Source of the DNA: Methanomicrobiales archaeon HGW-Methanomicrobiales-3 | GTDB taxonomy: Archaea; Halobacteriota; Methanomicrobia; Methanomicrobiales; Methanospirillaceae | DNA: 64,000 nucleotides | Reading direction: 5' to 3' | Assembly (NCBI GenBank): GCA_002839605.1 | Contig: PGYK01000003.1 | Location: 96,229-160,228, forward strand | Position numbers and translations under genes: made by a program | Notes under the pieces: model-generated | Seen by the model: only the letters and a program-made list of their open reading frames with translations | Told to the model about the DNA's origin: nothing | Databases searched by the model: none | Part shown: in pieces, positions 1 through 9,900 of the stretch | Layout of the letters: each line of letters opens with the position of its first letter | Position numbering within the stretch: position 1 is the first letter of the stretch

Positions 1-209
1 CATTTCTTGGAAGCGGAACAACCCTTGTTGCCGCGTACCTGAATAACCGGAAGGGAATCGGCATTGATATCGATCCTCATTATTGCCAGATCGCTCTCGA
101 CCGGATAAAAAAGGAAGGCGGGATGGGAGAGACACGCATCAGCCACGATGCTCCCCCGGTTGAGGGAAAGCCAAAAGTCAGGAAAACCGGTGTTCGGAAA
201 ACCGGATAG
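1..209 (+). CDS. DNA methyltransferase, C-terminal fragment (N4/N6 beta-class type; 5' end outside the window)
   Basis: Frame 3 is open from the window edge to TAG 207-209. It reads [40 protein letters not shown]. FxGSGTT plus the downstream acidic strand is the AdoMet-binding motif I, which sits near the C-terminus in N6_N4 methylases. It is missing from the ORF track because it has no start in the window. Confidence 0.75.
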   Translation, partial: FLGSGTTLVAAYLNNRKGIGIDIDPHYCQIALDRIKKEGGMGETRISHDAPPVEGKPKVRKTGVRKTG

Positions 210-380
210 TATCCGGCTCTGTAAAATATCGTAATAAGGTTCAGGGCAGGAGAATCATTCCTCATTTTTGCGAGGGTGCAAAGGATTGCGGTGATTTACT
301 ATTCTCCATGATCCGTAGTCTGGTTTTAAAAAAATACGTGTCCTGTCGAAATGCACATGAAATTGGCTTCTTCTGGAATA

Positions 381-520
381 GATGATGGGGGTTGAGACCC
401 CCATACCCCCGTAAATGATGAAACCCGCCGCCCCCGACGGGGCACCCCCGCGGCGGATCAAGACTGTTGAAATCATTATTTGCCGATTTTCATGGTTTGG
501 GTGTGAACTTTACCGGTTCA
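381..520 (+). repeat. GC-rich double-hairpin intergenic module, copy 1 (HP1 385-404 ATGGGGGT-TGAG-ACCCCCAT; HP2 425-456 CCGCCGC-N18-GCGGCGG) plus a shared tail of about 60 nt
   Basis: Aligns by eye over about 140 nt with 30154-30295 in the same orientation. The hairpin core also aligns with reverse-orientation copies at 36637-36716, 59845-59916 and 61531-61610. Confidence 0.8.
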
Positions 521-810
521 TGCCAGTTTCTACAGAGCAGAAAAACGGAAATTATTCCCGAAAACGCTCAAGGCTGCCTGCTGCCACAGGCACACGGGAT
601 GAAAATTTTTAAAAAGACAGGGGAAAATTTACCTCTTTAAAATTTCCGATGGGAGTTGATACCCTTCAATACCCTCAAAAAAGAACGCATGCGCCCCCGA
701 CCCCGTATCCGGGTTCCCCCCAATTGGAGAGCCGGTTGCTCTTCTCGTGCCTGTTGCCTTGGCATGCCTGACTCTGCATGGAGGATCGTAAAACTGGGCC
801 CTGGGTTTTT

Positions 811-917
811 TGGGGGCACATGGGGCACTTAGGCCCTGCTTTCCGGAAAGTCTTACGAGAAAATTGTACAGAAAAAAGATTCCGGAAATGGCACTCAATG
901 TGCCCCATGTGCCCCCA
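811..917. repeat. 18-bp perfect inverted repeat (811-828 TGGGGGCACATGGGGCAC / 900-917 GTGCCCCATGTGCCCCCA) around a 71-nt spacer
   Basis: Read directly from the sequence. The spacer contains two small palindromes, TTCCGGAA(A) and ATTCCGGAAAT. It lies in a 900-nt gene-free region. Confidence 0.85.
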
Positions 918-1101
918 TTTTTTTGCATCTTCCCCGTTGGGGAAATGATCCTTGGGCCTGTTCCGGTACTGTTCTTTAAAATATAATCTTTTCAGGAGCC
1001 CGTCCGGGCATAGACGTTTTCCCTCGTATTGGACCTTCCCGGCCGAAGTGAGTGAAAAAAGGGAATGCAATCCTTATGCCCGAACAGGACAACCTGAGGG
1101 T

Positions 1102-1764
1102 ATGGTGCCCCGTATCGTTGCGTTCCGCCATGAGCCAAACGAACCCCTCGGATATTTCGAAACGATCTTCAACGAACACCAGATCCCGTTCGAATATGTC
1201 GACCTCTTCGACACCAACGAGATTCCGCGTTTGCCAAACGCCACCCACCTGATTTTTCTTGGAGGATGCATGAGCGTCAATGATGAAGAGGAATTTCCGT
1301 GGCTTATAAGGGAAAAAGAACTCATCCGCCGCTCGCCAAAAGCCGGCCAAAGAGTGCTTGGGATCTGTCTTGGGGCGCAGCTCATCGCGTCTGCGTATAA
1401 TGCAAAAGTATTCCGGTTTGTCAATGAGACCGGATGGCGCATGCTCTACCGTAAGGACGATGCTACGGGAATTTTTGCACAGTTTCCCGACCAATTCCCG
1501 GTCTTCCAGATCCATAACGACAGTTTTGAGATCCCTTATGGCGGCCGGTTGCTTGCCTGCGGGACAGAAGTTAAAAATCAGGCATTTTTCTGCAAAAATG
1601 CTCTCGGGCTGCAGTTCCACCTTGAGATGACCCGGAAGATTATCCTGGACTGGTCAAGGTCACTCCGGAAATACCCGCAATTCACGATAGCCCGCGATAC
1701 CCCCCGCTTCATCGAGGAGAGCAACCGGCTCTGCCGGCTGGTAGCGGAAGATTTCATCCGGTAA
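1102..1764 (+). CDS. Class I glutamine amidotransferase-like protein (GATase1 family)
   Basis: ORF 952-1764, trimmed to ATG 1102 (MVPRIVAFRHEPNEPLGYF). GICLGAQLIA is the nucleophile-elbow Cys motif, and LGLQFHLE carries the catalytic His near the C-terminus. Confidence 0.75.
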   Translation: MVPRIVAFRHEPNEPLGYFETIFNEHQIPFEYVDLFDTNEIPRLPNATHLIFLGGCMSVNDEEEFPWLIREKELIRRSPKAGQRVLGICLGAQLIASAYNAKVFRFVNETGWRMLYRKDDATGIFAQFPDQFPVFQIHNDSFEIPYGGRLLACGTEVKNQAFFCKNALGLQFHLEMTRKIILDWSRSLRKYPQFTIARDTPRFIEESNRLCRLVAEDFIR

Positions 1765-1890
1765 ACCGGTTCCTGAACAAAAAAACGATCCCGATGATCC
1801 GACAGGACGGGAGCATCCTTGTGGACTCTGCTGCCGCCAGGGTCCCACTCATCAGAAGGACAACCGGACATTGGCTCACAGGGGCAGTTG

Positions 1891-2160
1891 TTATGACCGC
1901 GGGCCCCGGGCCACCTCGCCCCCGGCATTTTTAATAGCGGTCTCGATTTTTATGAGCAGTTCTTCATCATTGAGCGCAAATGCGAGATGCTCGTACTTGT
2001 TCACGAGGGCGATGGGCTTTAAGACGACCAGCGGTTTCTTCTTCGCGGTTTCGCTGCTGTATGCCGGGGGCACTACGGTCATGGTGCCATCGGACCAGAT
2101 CGCAATGTTCCCGTTCCCCGCTTCATCCCAGAGTTTCTTCACAATATCCTGTGTTATCAT
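1891..2160 (-). CDS. Hypothetical small protein (89 aa)
   Basis: ORF with balanced, non-repetitive composition (MITQDIVKKLWDEAGNGNIAIWSDGTMTVV...). No motif recognised. The overlapping plus-strand ORFs are Ser/Arg/Cys-rich shadow frames. Confidence 0.4.
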   Translation of the reverse strand: MITQDIVKKLWDEAGNGNIAIWSDGTMTVVPPAYSSETAKKKPLVVLKPIALVNKYEHLAFALNDEELLIKIETAIKNAGGEVARGPRS

Positions 2161-2253
2161 ACGAGGATCCCCCTGTTATGTTTAACAAACAGAGAACGTG
2201 CAACGACCATATTATTCCATACCATCTGCGTCCCGCACCGCTGTCACGGTCGA

Positions 2254-3552
2254 TCATGAACCTGTCCGGGTTACCAGCACCTTGTCGATCCGGTTGCCGT
2301 CCATATCCACAACCTCGTAGCGCAACCCTCCTGATTCGGCAGTGTCACCGGTTCTTGGGATTCGCCCAAGCAGGAAGAGTACCAGGCCGGCAAGGGTCCG
2401 GTACTGTCTTTCATCCTCGCCGGGAAATGATTTGACGGAGAGGACGGTCCTGAGTTCTGCAACGGGGATATCCCCGTTGATCAGCCACGATCCATCTTCC
2501 CGCTGAACAACCGGGGTATCCACCGGTTCACCATGAGTCCGGACATCGCCCACGATCGCTTCAAGGATATCATGCAGGGAGACGATCCCCTGGATGCTGC
2601 CGTATTCATCCGTGACAAGGGCGATATGCAGGCCGGTCTTTTTGAACAATTCGAGGAGCCGGAGAACCGAGAGTGACCCGGAGATGAAGAGGGGGTGGGT
2701 GACCGCGGCCCGGATATCGAAAGTGCCCCGGACAATGTGTCCCGCCAGGATATCCCGGACCGAGACCATACCGACAATCCGGTCCAGGTCACCTTCATAG
2801 ACCGGGAAATGCGAGTGATGATTCCGGGTTACAATTTTTGCGTTCTCTTCCGGGGGATCGTGCAGGTCAAGCGCAATAATGCGAGGCCGGGGTATCATGA
2901 CCGAGTCAACCCTCCGGTCGTCAAGGCCAAACACCCCTTCCACCATGCTCAGTTCGGCCTTCTCAAACACCCCGGCTTCGGTGCCCTGGGCCAGCAGGAT
3001 CTTAATCTCATCCTCGGTCACCGGAGGTTCGGCAGCATCATGGATCCGCAGGATCTTCAGGATCACATCGGTGGAATGGCTGAAAATGAAGACCAGGGGG
3101 GCCCCGATGATGGACAGGAGCTGCATGGGTCGTGCAACCGCGGAGGCAATGGCCTCTGCATTTGTCAGGGCAATACGTTTGGGAACCAGTTCCCCGAAGA
3201 CCAGGGTCAGGTACGTGATGACGAGAACAACGAGCGTGATCCCCAGGATATCGCTGTAGGGCGAAAGGAACGGGAATTGCAAAAACCATGCCCCGAGTTC
3301 CCGCGCTACGGTTGCTCCCCCGAATGCCCCGGCAAAGATGCCCACCAGGGTGATGCCAATCTGGACCGTTGAGAGGAATGACGATGGCTCATCCATGAGT
3401 TCGAGCGCTGCTGCGGCTCCCGCATCTCCATGGTCAGCCCGTTGCCGGAGACGGGTTTTTTTGGAAGAGACCAGGGCAAATTCTGCCATGGCAAAGATAC
3501 CGTTGAGTACGATGAGAACAAGGATGATGGTAATCTCAACAACATACAGCAT
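2254..3552 (-). CDS. CNNM/HlyC/CorC-family transporter (DUF21 membrane domain + CBS pair + CorC_HlyC C-terminal domain)
   Basis: 432 aa. The N-terminus NGIFAMAEFALVSSKKTRL and QIGITLVGIFAGAFGG are typical of DUF21. The C-terminus GLRYEVVDMDGNRIDKVLV is typical of the CorC transporter-associated domain. Confidence 0.85.
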   Translation of the reverse strand: MLYVVEITIILVLIVLNGIFAMAEFALVSSKKTRLRQRADHGDAGAAAALELMDEPSSFLSTVQIGITLVGIFAGAFGGATVARELGAWFLQFPFLSPYSDILGITLVVLVITYLTLVFGELVPKRIALTNAEAIASAVARPMQLLSIIGAPLVFIFSHSTDVILKILRIHDAAEPPVTEDEIKILLAQGTEAGVFEKAELSMVEGVFGLDDRRVDSVMIPRPRIIALDLHDPPEENAKIVTRNHHSHFPVYEGDLDRIVGMVSVRDILAGHIVRGTFDIRAAVTHPLFISGSLSVLRLLELFKKTGLHIALVTDEYGSIQGIVSLHDILEAIVGDVRTHGEPVDTPVVQREDGSWLINGDIPVAELRTVLSVKSFPGEDERQYRTLAGLVLFLLGRIPRTGDTAESGGLRYEVVDMDGNRIDKVLVTRTGS

Positions 3553-3742
3553 GAACCAGGATCATCTTCCGTGCTATTGCATTTACACTCCTTTTGAGGA
3601 TTGAAAAAGATTGTGCCGCGGCGGCGGGGATCTTCTCATCATCCGGAAAAGCACGATCACGCAGCACCAGCCCGCAGCAGAAAAAAAGATCTTCCTGGCC
3701 AAAAGATCCCCTTATGACCCGGCAGCGCCAACCTTCCAGCCA

Positions 3743-4294
3743 ATGATTCTCGTTGACTGGCAGCTCCTCGACCGGATTTCGAGAGGCCATATCAAGATCG
3801 ATCCCTATGATCCAAAACTCGTGCAGCCAAACTCCGTGGATATCCGGCTCGGCAGCCATTTTGTCTGGTACAAACCGGGCACCGGCATCATCGACCCGTA
3901 CGACCAGCAGAGCGTGAACACGGATGTCGGGGAGATGCATGCCGACTCGTTTGTGTTGAACCCGGGCCAGTTCATCCTTGCAAAGACCCTGGAACGGATC
4001 GAGCTCCCCGACAATATCGTAGCCACCATCGAGGGCAAATCGAGCATTGCCCGGCTCGGCGTCACGCTCCACCAGACCGGCGGCTGGATCGATGCCGGGT
4101 TCCGCGGCACCATCACCCTTGAGATGGCCAACGTCAACTCGCGGCCGGTGAGGGTGTACGCGGGAATGCCGATCGGCCAGCTCGTCTTCTACACCACCGA
4201 GCGGGCGGAGCGGCCGTACGGCGCAAAGGGTGATGCTAAGTATCTTGACCAGCGGCAGGCAACCCTCTCGCGGTACCACGCGAACAGGATCTGA
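3743..4294 (+). CDS. dcd: dCTP deaminase (dUTPase superfamily)
   Basis: ORF 3611-4294, trimmed to ATG 3743 ([37 protein letters not shown]). Contains GKSSIARLG and [14 protein letters not shown] motifs. Confidence 0.85.
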   Translation: MILVDWQLLDRISRGHIKIDPYDPKLVQPNSVDIRLGSHFVWYKPGTGIIDPYDQQSVNTDVGEMHADSFVLNPGQFILAKTLERIELPDNIVATIEGKSSIARLGVTLHQTGGWIDAGFRGTITLEMANVNSRPVRVYAGMPIGQLVFYTTERAERPYGAKGDAKYLDQRQATLSRYHANRI

Positions 4295-4386
4295 AACCTG
4301 GCCGGTTACCGGTGCAGGGTTAAGCACTATAAATACCATAAAAACCCATTTTATACGGATGATCATACCGGATCGGAGATGAATTA

Positions 4387-6219
4387 ATGCGACTTCTTCT
4401 CATTCATTCAGACTACATAGAATACGAAGCAAAAAAGAAGACAAAGATGGCAGAAGAGTGTTCGGTCCTTTCAGACAAGGAGACCGAAGTCCTCACGGCC
4501 TTCTGCGCTGTTGAATCGATCGATGACGAGGACCTTGACGGCGTTATCGCCCAGGGCATCGACGAGATCAAGAAGACTGCCGGGCAGGTCAATGTGACAA
4601 AAGTCGTCATCTACCCGTACGCCCACCTCTCAAGCGACCTCTCCTCCCCAGAGACCGCGGTTGCCGTTCTCAATGCGCTGAAGACCGGCCTTGAAGCAGA
4701 AGGTTTTGCCGTCAAGCGTGCCCCCTTCGGCTGGTACAAGGCCTTTAAGATCTCCTGCAAAGGCCACCCGCTCTCAGAGCTCTCCAGGACGATTATTCCC
4801 GGCGAGACAACCGTCAAGCCGGCCAAGAAAGAAGTCACCCACGACTGGTTTGTCCTGACCCCGGATGGAAAACAGCACGACTACAAGGATTACCTCAACG
4901 ACACACCCTTTGGCTGCATGGTCAAAAAGGAACTTGGCGTTGCCGTCCCGGTCGGCGGCGACCCGGCCCACGTGGACCTGATGCGCGGAAAAGAACTCGT
5001 GGACTACGAGCCGGCATCCGATGTCGGCTGCCTCCGCTGGATGCCCAAGGGCAAGATCATCCGCGACCTTCTTTCTGATTACGTGCTCCGGCTCGTGCTG
5101 GACTACGGCGGCTCACCCGTTGAGACCCCGGTCATGTACGACCTTGGCGACAAGGCGATCTGCGAGCACGCCGCAAAGTTCGGTGAGCGCCAGTACCGGT
5201 TCAAGTCCAACAACCGGGACATGATGCTGCGCTTTGCGGCCTGCTTTGGCATGTTCTCGATCATGCGCGACATGCACATCTCGCCCAACCACCTGCCGAT
5301 GAAGATGTACGAGCTCTCCACCTACTCCTTCCGCCACGAGCAGAAAGGCGAGGTCATCGGCTTGAAGCGTCTCCGGTGCTTCACGATGCCCGACATGCAC
5401 TCGCTCTGCCTTGACATGCCGCAGGCCCTCAAGTGTTTTGAGGAGCAGCTTGCCATGGGCTGGCAGACGGGTAAGGACTTCGAGACCGAACTCGTTGCCG
5501 CATTCCGGTGCACAAAGGCATTCTATGACGAGAACGAGGCATGGGTGAAGAAGATCGTGAAGGACTCAGACTGCCCGATGCTCATCGAGATCCTCTCCGA
5601 CCGCGTTCACTACTGGGTTGCCAAGATCGACCTTGCGGCCATTGACGGCCAGAAGCGCCCGATCGAGAACCCGACCGTGCAGATCGATGTCGAGAGCTCG
5701 ACCCGGTTTGCCATCAAATACCACAAGGAAGACGGCACGCCGGTTCACCCGCCGATCCTCCACTGTTCCCCGACCGGCAGTGTCGAGCGGGTCATGTGCG
5801 CAATCTTAGAGAACATCTCCACGCAGGAAGTCCCCGGGTTCCCCACCTGGCTTGCGCCGGTGCAGGTCCGGGTCGTGCCGGTAACCGAGAAGCACATCGC
5901 GTTTGCCGAAGAACTGGTAAAAACCATCAACGCCGCCCAGATCCGGTGCGACTTTGATGACCGGAACGAGACCATGGGCAAGAAAGTCCGCGAGGCCGGC
6001 ATGGACTGGGTCCCCTATGTCATTGTTGTCGGTGACGAGGAAGTTGCATCAAAGAACCTGACCGTGACCATCCGGAAGAAGTCGCAGCCCAACAAGCCCT
6101 TCAAGGAGCAGATGACCGCCGATGCGCTGATCGCAGCAGTGAAGAAGGAGACGGATGGGAAACCGTTCCGGCCGCTCTATACCCCCCGGAAGCTTTCGCT
6201 GAAAGCCCGGTATATCTGA
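4387..6219 (+). CDS. thrS: Threonyl-tRNA synthetase, archaeal type with N-terminal editing domain
   Basis: 610 aa. The N-terminus [18 protein letters not shown] is the archaeal ThrRS editing-domain start. A class II catalytic core and a C-terminal anticodon-binding domain (VQVRVVPV..., YVIVVGDEE) follow. Confidence 0.9.
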   Translation: MRLLLIHSDYIEYEAKKKTKMAEECSVLSDKETEVLTAFCAVESIDDEDLDGVIAQGIDEIKKTAGQVNVTKVVIYPYAHLSSDLSSPETAVAVLNALKTGLEAEGFAVKRAPFGWYKAFKISCKGHPLSELSRTIIPGETTVKPAKKEVTHDWFVLTPDGKQHDYKDYLNDTPFGCMVKKELGVAVPVGGDPAHVDLMRGKELVDYEPASDVGCLRWMPKGKIIRDLLSDYVLRLVLDYGGSPVETPVMYDLGDKAICEHAAKFGERQYRFKSNNRDMMLRFAACFGMFSIMRDMHISPNHLPMKMYELSTYSFRHEQKGEVIGLKRLRCFTMPDMHSLCLDMPQALKCFEEQLAMGWQTGKDFETELVAAFRCTKAFYDENEAWVKKIVKDSDCPMLIEILSDRVHYWVAKIDLAAIDGQKRPIENPTVQIDVESSTRFAIKYHKEDGTPVHPPILHCSPTGSVERVMCAILENISTQEVPGFPTWLAPVQVRVVPVTEKHIAFAEELVKTINAAQIRCDFDDRNETMGKKVREAGMDWVPYVIVVGDEEVASKNLTVTIRKKSQPNKPFKEQMTADALIAAVKKETDGKPFRPLYTPRKLSLKARYI

Positions 6220-6259
6220 AACCTTCTTTTTTTAGATTTTTTTGTACTGCCGGTTTTTA

Positions 6260-6915
6260 TCACATCGGATCCAGGTCTCTGACTTTTGGCAGATTTTTCC
6301 CTGAAGCGTTCTTCATCATCCAAAATCGTGCATCCGGTACCCTGATCTCGAACCGCCACCTTGTGCCGCAACCCCGGTCTCCCAAATCATGATACCGGTT
6401 GTTGCGAGGATCTCCCGGATTAAAAAGTGACCAGGGCCGGTATTTTTCCTCTTCCCCAGGAAAAGATATGATCCTTTTCTGAAGCGGAGATACCCCTCCC
6501 GTCATCCCCGTACAGGATAACAAGAACATCCCTGTTCTTCTGCACCGACATGGTCACCTTCGTGATATGCCCCCCGTGCCGCAGAGTGTTAAAAAAGAGG
6601 TTGCAGAAGACTTTAAGGAGCAGGGGATCGGAAAAGATCTCAACCTCCTCAAGATTCTCAATCCTAATAATGCGGGCGTCTACCGACAGGAGGTTTACGG
6701 CTTTCCTTATGAGAGGGGCAACCGGCTGCCAGCAGGCTTGCGGGACCCCGATCTTTTCGAAGTCCCCGGTGAGCCGGATCTGCTCCCACATCTTGTCATG
6801 GAGGACGTGCTGTTTCGGATATATTCGATGATGGCGGGATCATCCGTTTGTTCTCATTCCAGCTTGGCGTAACCGGATAATGCGGCAACCTTGTTGAGGA
6901 GGTCGGCAGGTTTGC
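6260..6915 (-). pseudogene. Decayed histidine-kinase gene remnant (H-box to HATPase region, several frameshifts and one in-frame stop)
   Basis: Minus-strand pieces in three frames match the order of the intact kinase upstream. They read DLLNKVAALSGYAKLE-TGA(6854-6856)-EQTDDPAIIEYIR / KMWEQIRLTGDFEKIG...NTLRHGGHITKV...ILYGDDGRGIS / GPGHFLIREILATTGIMIWETG / GTRWRFEIRVPDARF. Confidence 0.7.
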
Positions 6916-6947
6916 AGGAGTTTTATTTTGTCATATTCAAATTTTGG

Positions 6948-9900
6948 TTAATTGAGAAATGGCGAATCAGGGCATTTTATGCGGAATTTTCCGCTTGGGA
7001 TGGAAATTTCAAACCGTGCCCCGGCACCCGGTTCCCCCGTCTCGGCGATCGTGATCCCGGTGATACTTAAGATCTCCCGGGCCAGGAACAGGCCAAATCC
7101 GCCGCTGCCCTTCCCGACATTCTTGTTAAAGATCTTCTCCTTGCGATCCACAGGAACCCCAACGCCGTCGTCTTCGACAACCAGCAGGTAACCGGCAGGA
7201 ACAGGTGTTCCGGAAATACGGATTTTCGTTATCGTTTCCCCATGTTTCAGAGCATTCTCAACAAAACAGTAGAGGACTTTTTCGAGCATCGGGTCGGCAT
7301 AGAGGGCAAGGCCACAGGTCTCGTTCTCCACCGCAACCGTACCCGGATCAAGCGTCTTTTTTACCGCTTCAAGTACGACGGCGAGCTCCTGCCAGACCGG
7401 TGATCCCGCCCCAAGGTTCTCGTACTCTTTGGTAAATTCGATCTGCTGCCGGATTGCCGCTGCCGAGATCTCAACCCGGCTTAAGTATTCGATGAGCTCG
7501 GGATCCTTTGTCGATCCTTTGGCAAGTTCAAGATAGCCCATCACGCCCGTGAGCTTGTTCTTGATGTCATGCCTCGTGATGCCGGAAAGGAGGTTGAGTT
7601 TCCGGTTTGCCTGTTCAAGGGCACGTTTCTCATAGGACCATGTCGTGACCTCGCGGGCGAAGATCATCACTCTTTTTTCCTCCGGGTCATACGAGATTGT
7701 CTCGCCAAAGTGGGCGGTCCCGATCCGGACCTCCCGCATGAGGGGGGAGTCGGGTTCCGCGATAAGACCGGTAACCAGCGTATCGTAATCTGCCGGAATG
7801 AATGCCGCGGGATCCGGTGACACCCCCAGGTTTTCCAGAACCGTCCGGGTAGCAGGATTTGCATAGGTGATGTTTTTTAAAGAATCGATCCCGATGACCG
7901 GATCGGGGTTGAGGTGAGGGAACCGGGCAAGGTGCCGGAACTCCTTCTCGCTTAAGTCCTGCGCTGTACGGTCATGGACGATGGCGATGAGCCGTTCTTC
8001 TCCCTGAACCTGTGCCGGGATGAGGGTGACCTCCGCAGGGAAGAGACGCCCGCTCTGCGTTGTATGTGTCCAGGCAAAGGTCTGGGGGGTACCCGTCTGA
8101 GCGGCCCTGATATACTCTGCTGCCAGATCCGCCGATACCCGGCCCCCGGGCTGTTCCGGAGGAGAGAGGGCCACCGGGTCAAGACCCATGATCTCCTCAC
8201 GGCTGTACCCGAACAGGCGCTCTGCTGCCGGATTGCAATCAAGGAAACGGGAGCTCAGGACAAAGATCGCGTCGGTGGATTTCTCAAACAGGGCACGGTA
8301 CCGGCCCTCGCTTTCAAGAAGGGAGCGCTCTGCTGCTTTACGCTCGGTTATCGGCCGGGCGGTTGTAACGATCCCGTCAATTCCCACAACGCCCGGAAGG
8401 TTGGTTGCAATTGCCTCAACATCGATGTAGTGCCCGTCAGCATGCCGGATCCGGTACTCCGTGGGTGTGCCAAAATTTCTATTCCCAAAAACCTCCGATA
8501 AGGCATCTTTCACGCGCTTTCGGTCATCGGGATGGATATACTCAAGCGGGTCTTTTCCCTGTACCTCTGACGGGTCATACCCGCAGATCCGCAGGGTCGA
8601 GGGCGAACTGTATGCAATGCGCCCGTTGCGGTCGATGATCCGGATCATGTCAGACGAGTTCTGGATCAGGTTCCGGAACCGTTCCTCGCTCTTTTGCAGT
8701 GCATCTTCTGTGAGTTTCCGGTCCGTGATATCCTCGCCCGAGAAGAGGATTCCTGTCACCCATCCATCATCATCTTTGAGCAGCGTGTTGTGGAAGGCAA
8801 GCATCCGCTCCTGCCCGTCCTTCCTGCGAATCACGTTCTCGTGATATTCGACCGGTGCGATGTCCCCGCGGGTAACCTGGCTCAAGACCTCCCGCACCTC
8901 GTCCTGCACATGCTCCGGAAGGCAGGTGGAAATCCAGTCCCTGCCCAGCAGTTCCTCTTCAGGGTACCCGAGAATCTCGCATCCCCGGCGGTTGATTAAG
9001 GAAATTTTTCCGTTTGTGTCCAGCACCGCGAGGAGGACACCGGCCATGTCGAGATACTGCTCTGCCCGGTCACGCTCCTTTCTGATCGCCTCTTTTATCC
9101 TCTTCTGTTCCGTGATGTCCGTGACAAAAGTGTAGAAATATTCGATCTTTTCTCCCGTTGCGGGGAAACGGTGGAGGAACATTTCGACCGGCACCCTGCT
9201 GCCATCCTTTCTGACATACTCCTTCTCGTACCGCTGCGGGATGCCGGTCCTTACGAGTTCCTCAATCGCGGCACTCTCCCGACCGGCAAATTCCGGCGGG
9301 GTGAGATCCGTCCAGTTCACCTGGTGCAGTTCCCCATCAGAATAGCCCAAAAGGTCGCAGAGGGCCGGGTTCACGATCCCGAACCTGCCGTCCGGGTACC
9401 CGATACCGAAGGGCTGGGAGGAATGTTCCAGGATCCCGGCCAGCGTCTGCACCTTCTCCTCGCTGCCGGCAAGTGCCTTCTCGGCTTTTGTGCGGCGTGC
9501 CTGTTCGTCAAGCATATCCAGCGCAAACGAGATGTCCAGGGCAATCTCTTCAAGGAGGGCGATCTCGGCAGCAGTGAAGAAATCCTTCTGTGATGCATAG
9601 ATAACGTACGCCCCGACAACCTCACCGTGAAGACGGAACGGGAATGCTGCAAAGGAACCAAATCCGCGTTTTTTTGCCTCCTTTCGCCATGGCTCCATCC
9701 GCGGGTCGGTTTCGATGTCATTGGAGGTATCGTACCGTCCCTCGCGGACAGCGGTGCCGACTGGCGATACATGGTTCTGCTCCTCATCCCCGCATTGCTC
9801 CCTTGCCGAAAGGTACCCGTCTTCATTGCCGGCATGGGCAACCGGGCGGAGCATGAGGGAGTCGTGGTCGAGCAGGCCAATCCATGCCATACGGAACTTC

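Noticed and set aside
3536-4366. 276-aa minus-strand ORF
   Set aside because: It is antisense to dcd and has no motifs. dcd has strong family signatures.
6854-6856. In-frame TGA in the kinase remnant as a possible selenocysteine or recoding site
   Set aside because: The same remnant needs at least three additional frameshifts to be read through, and no SECIS-like context was seen. Pseudogene decay is the simpler explanation.
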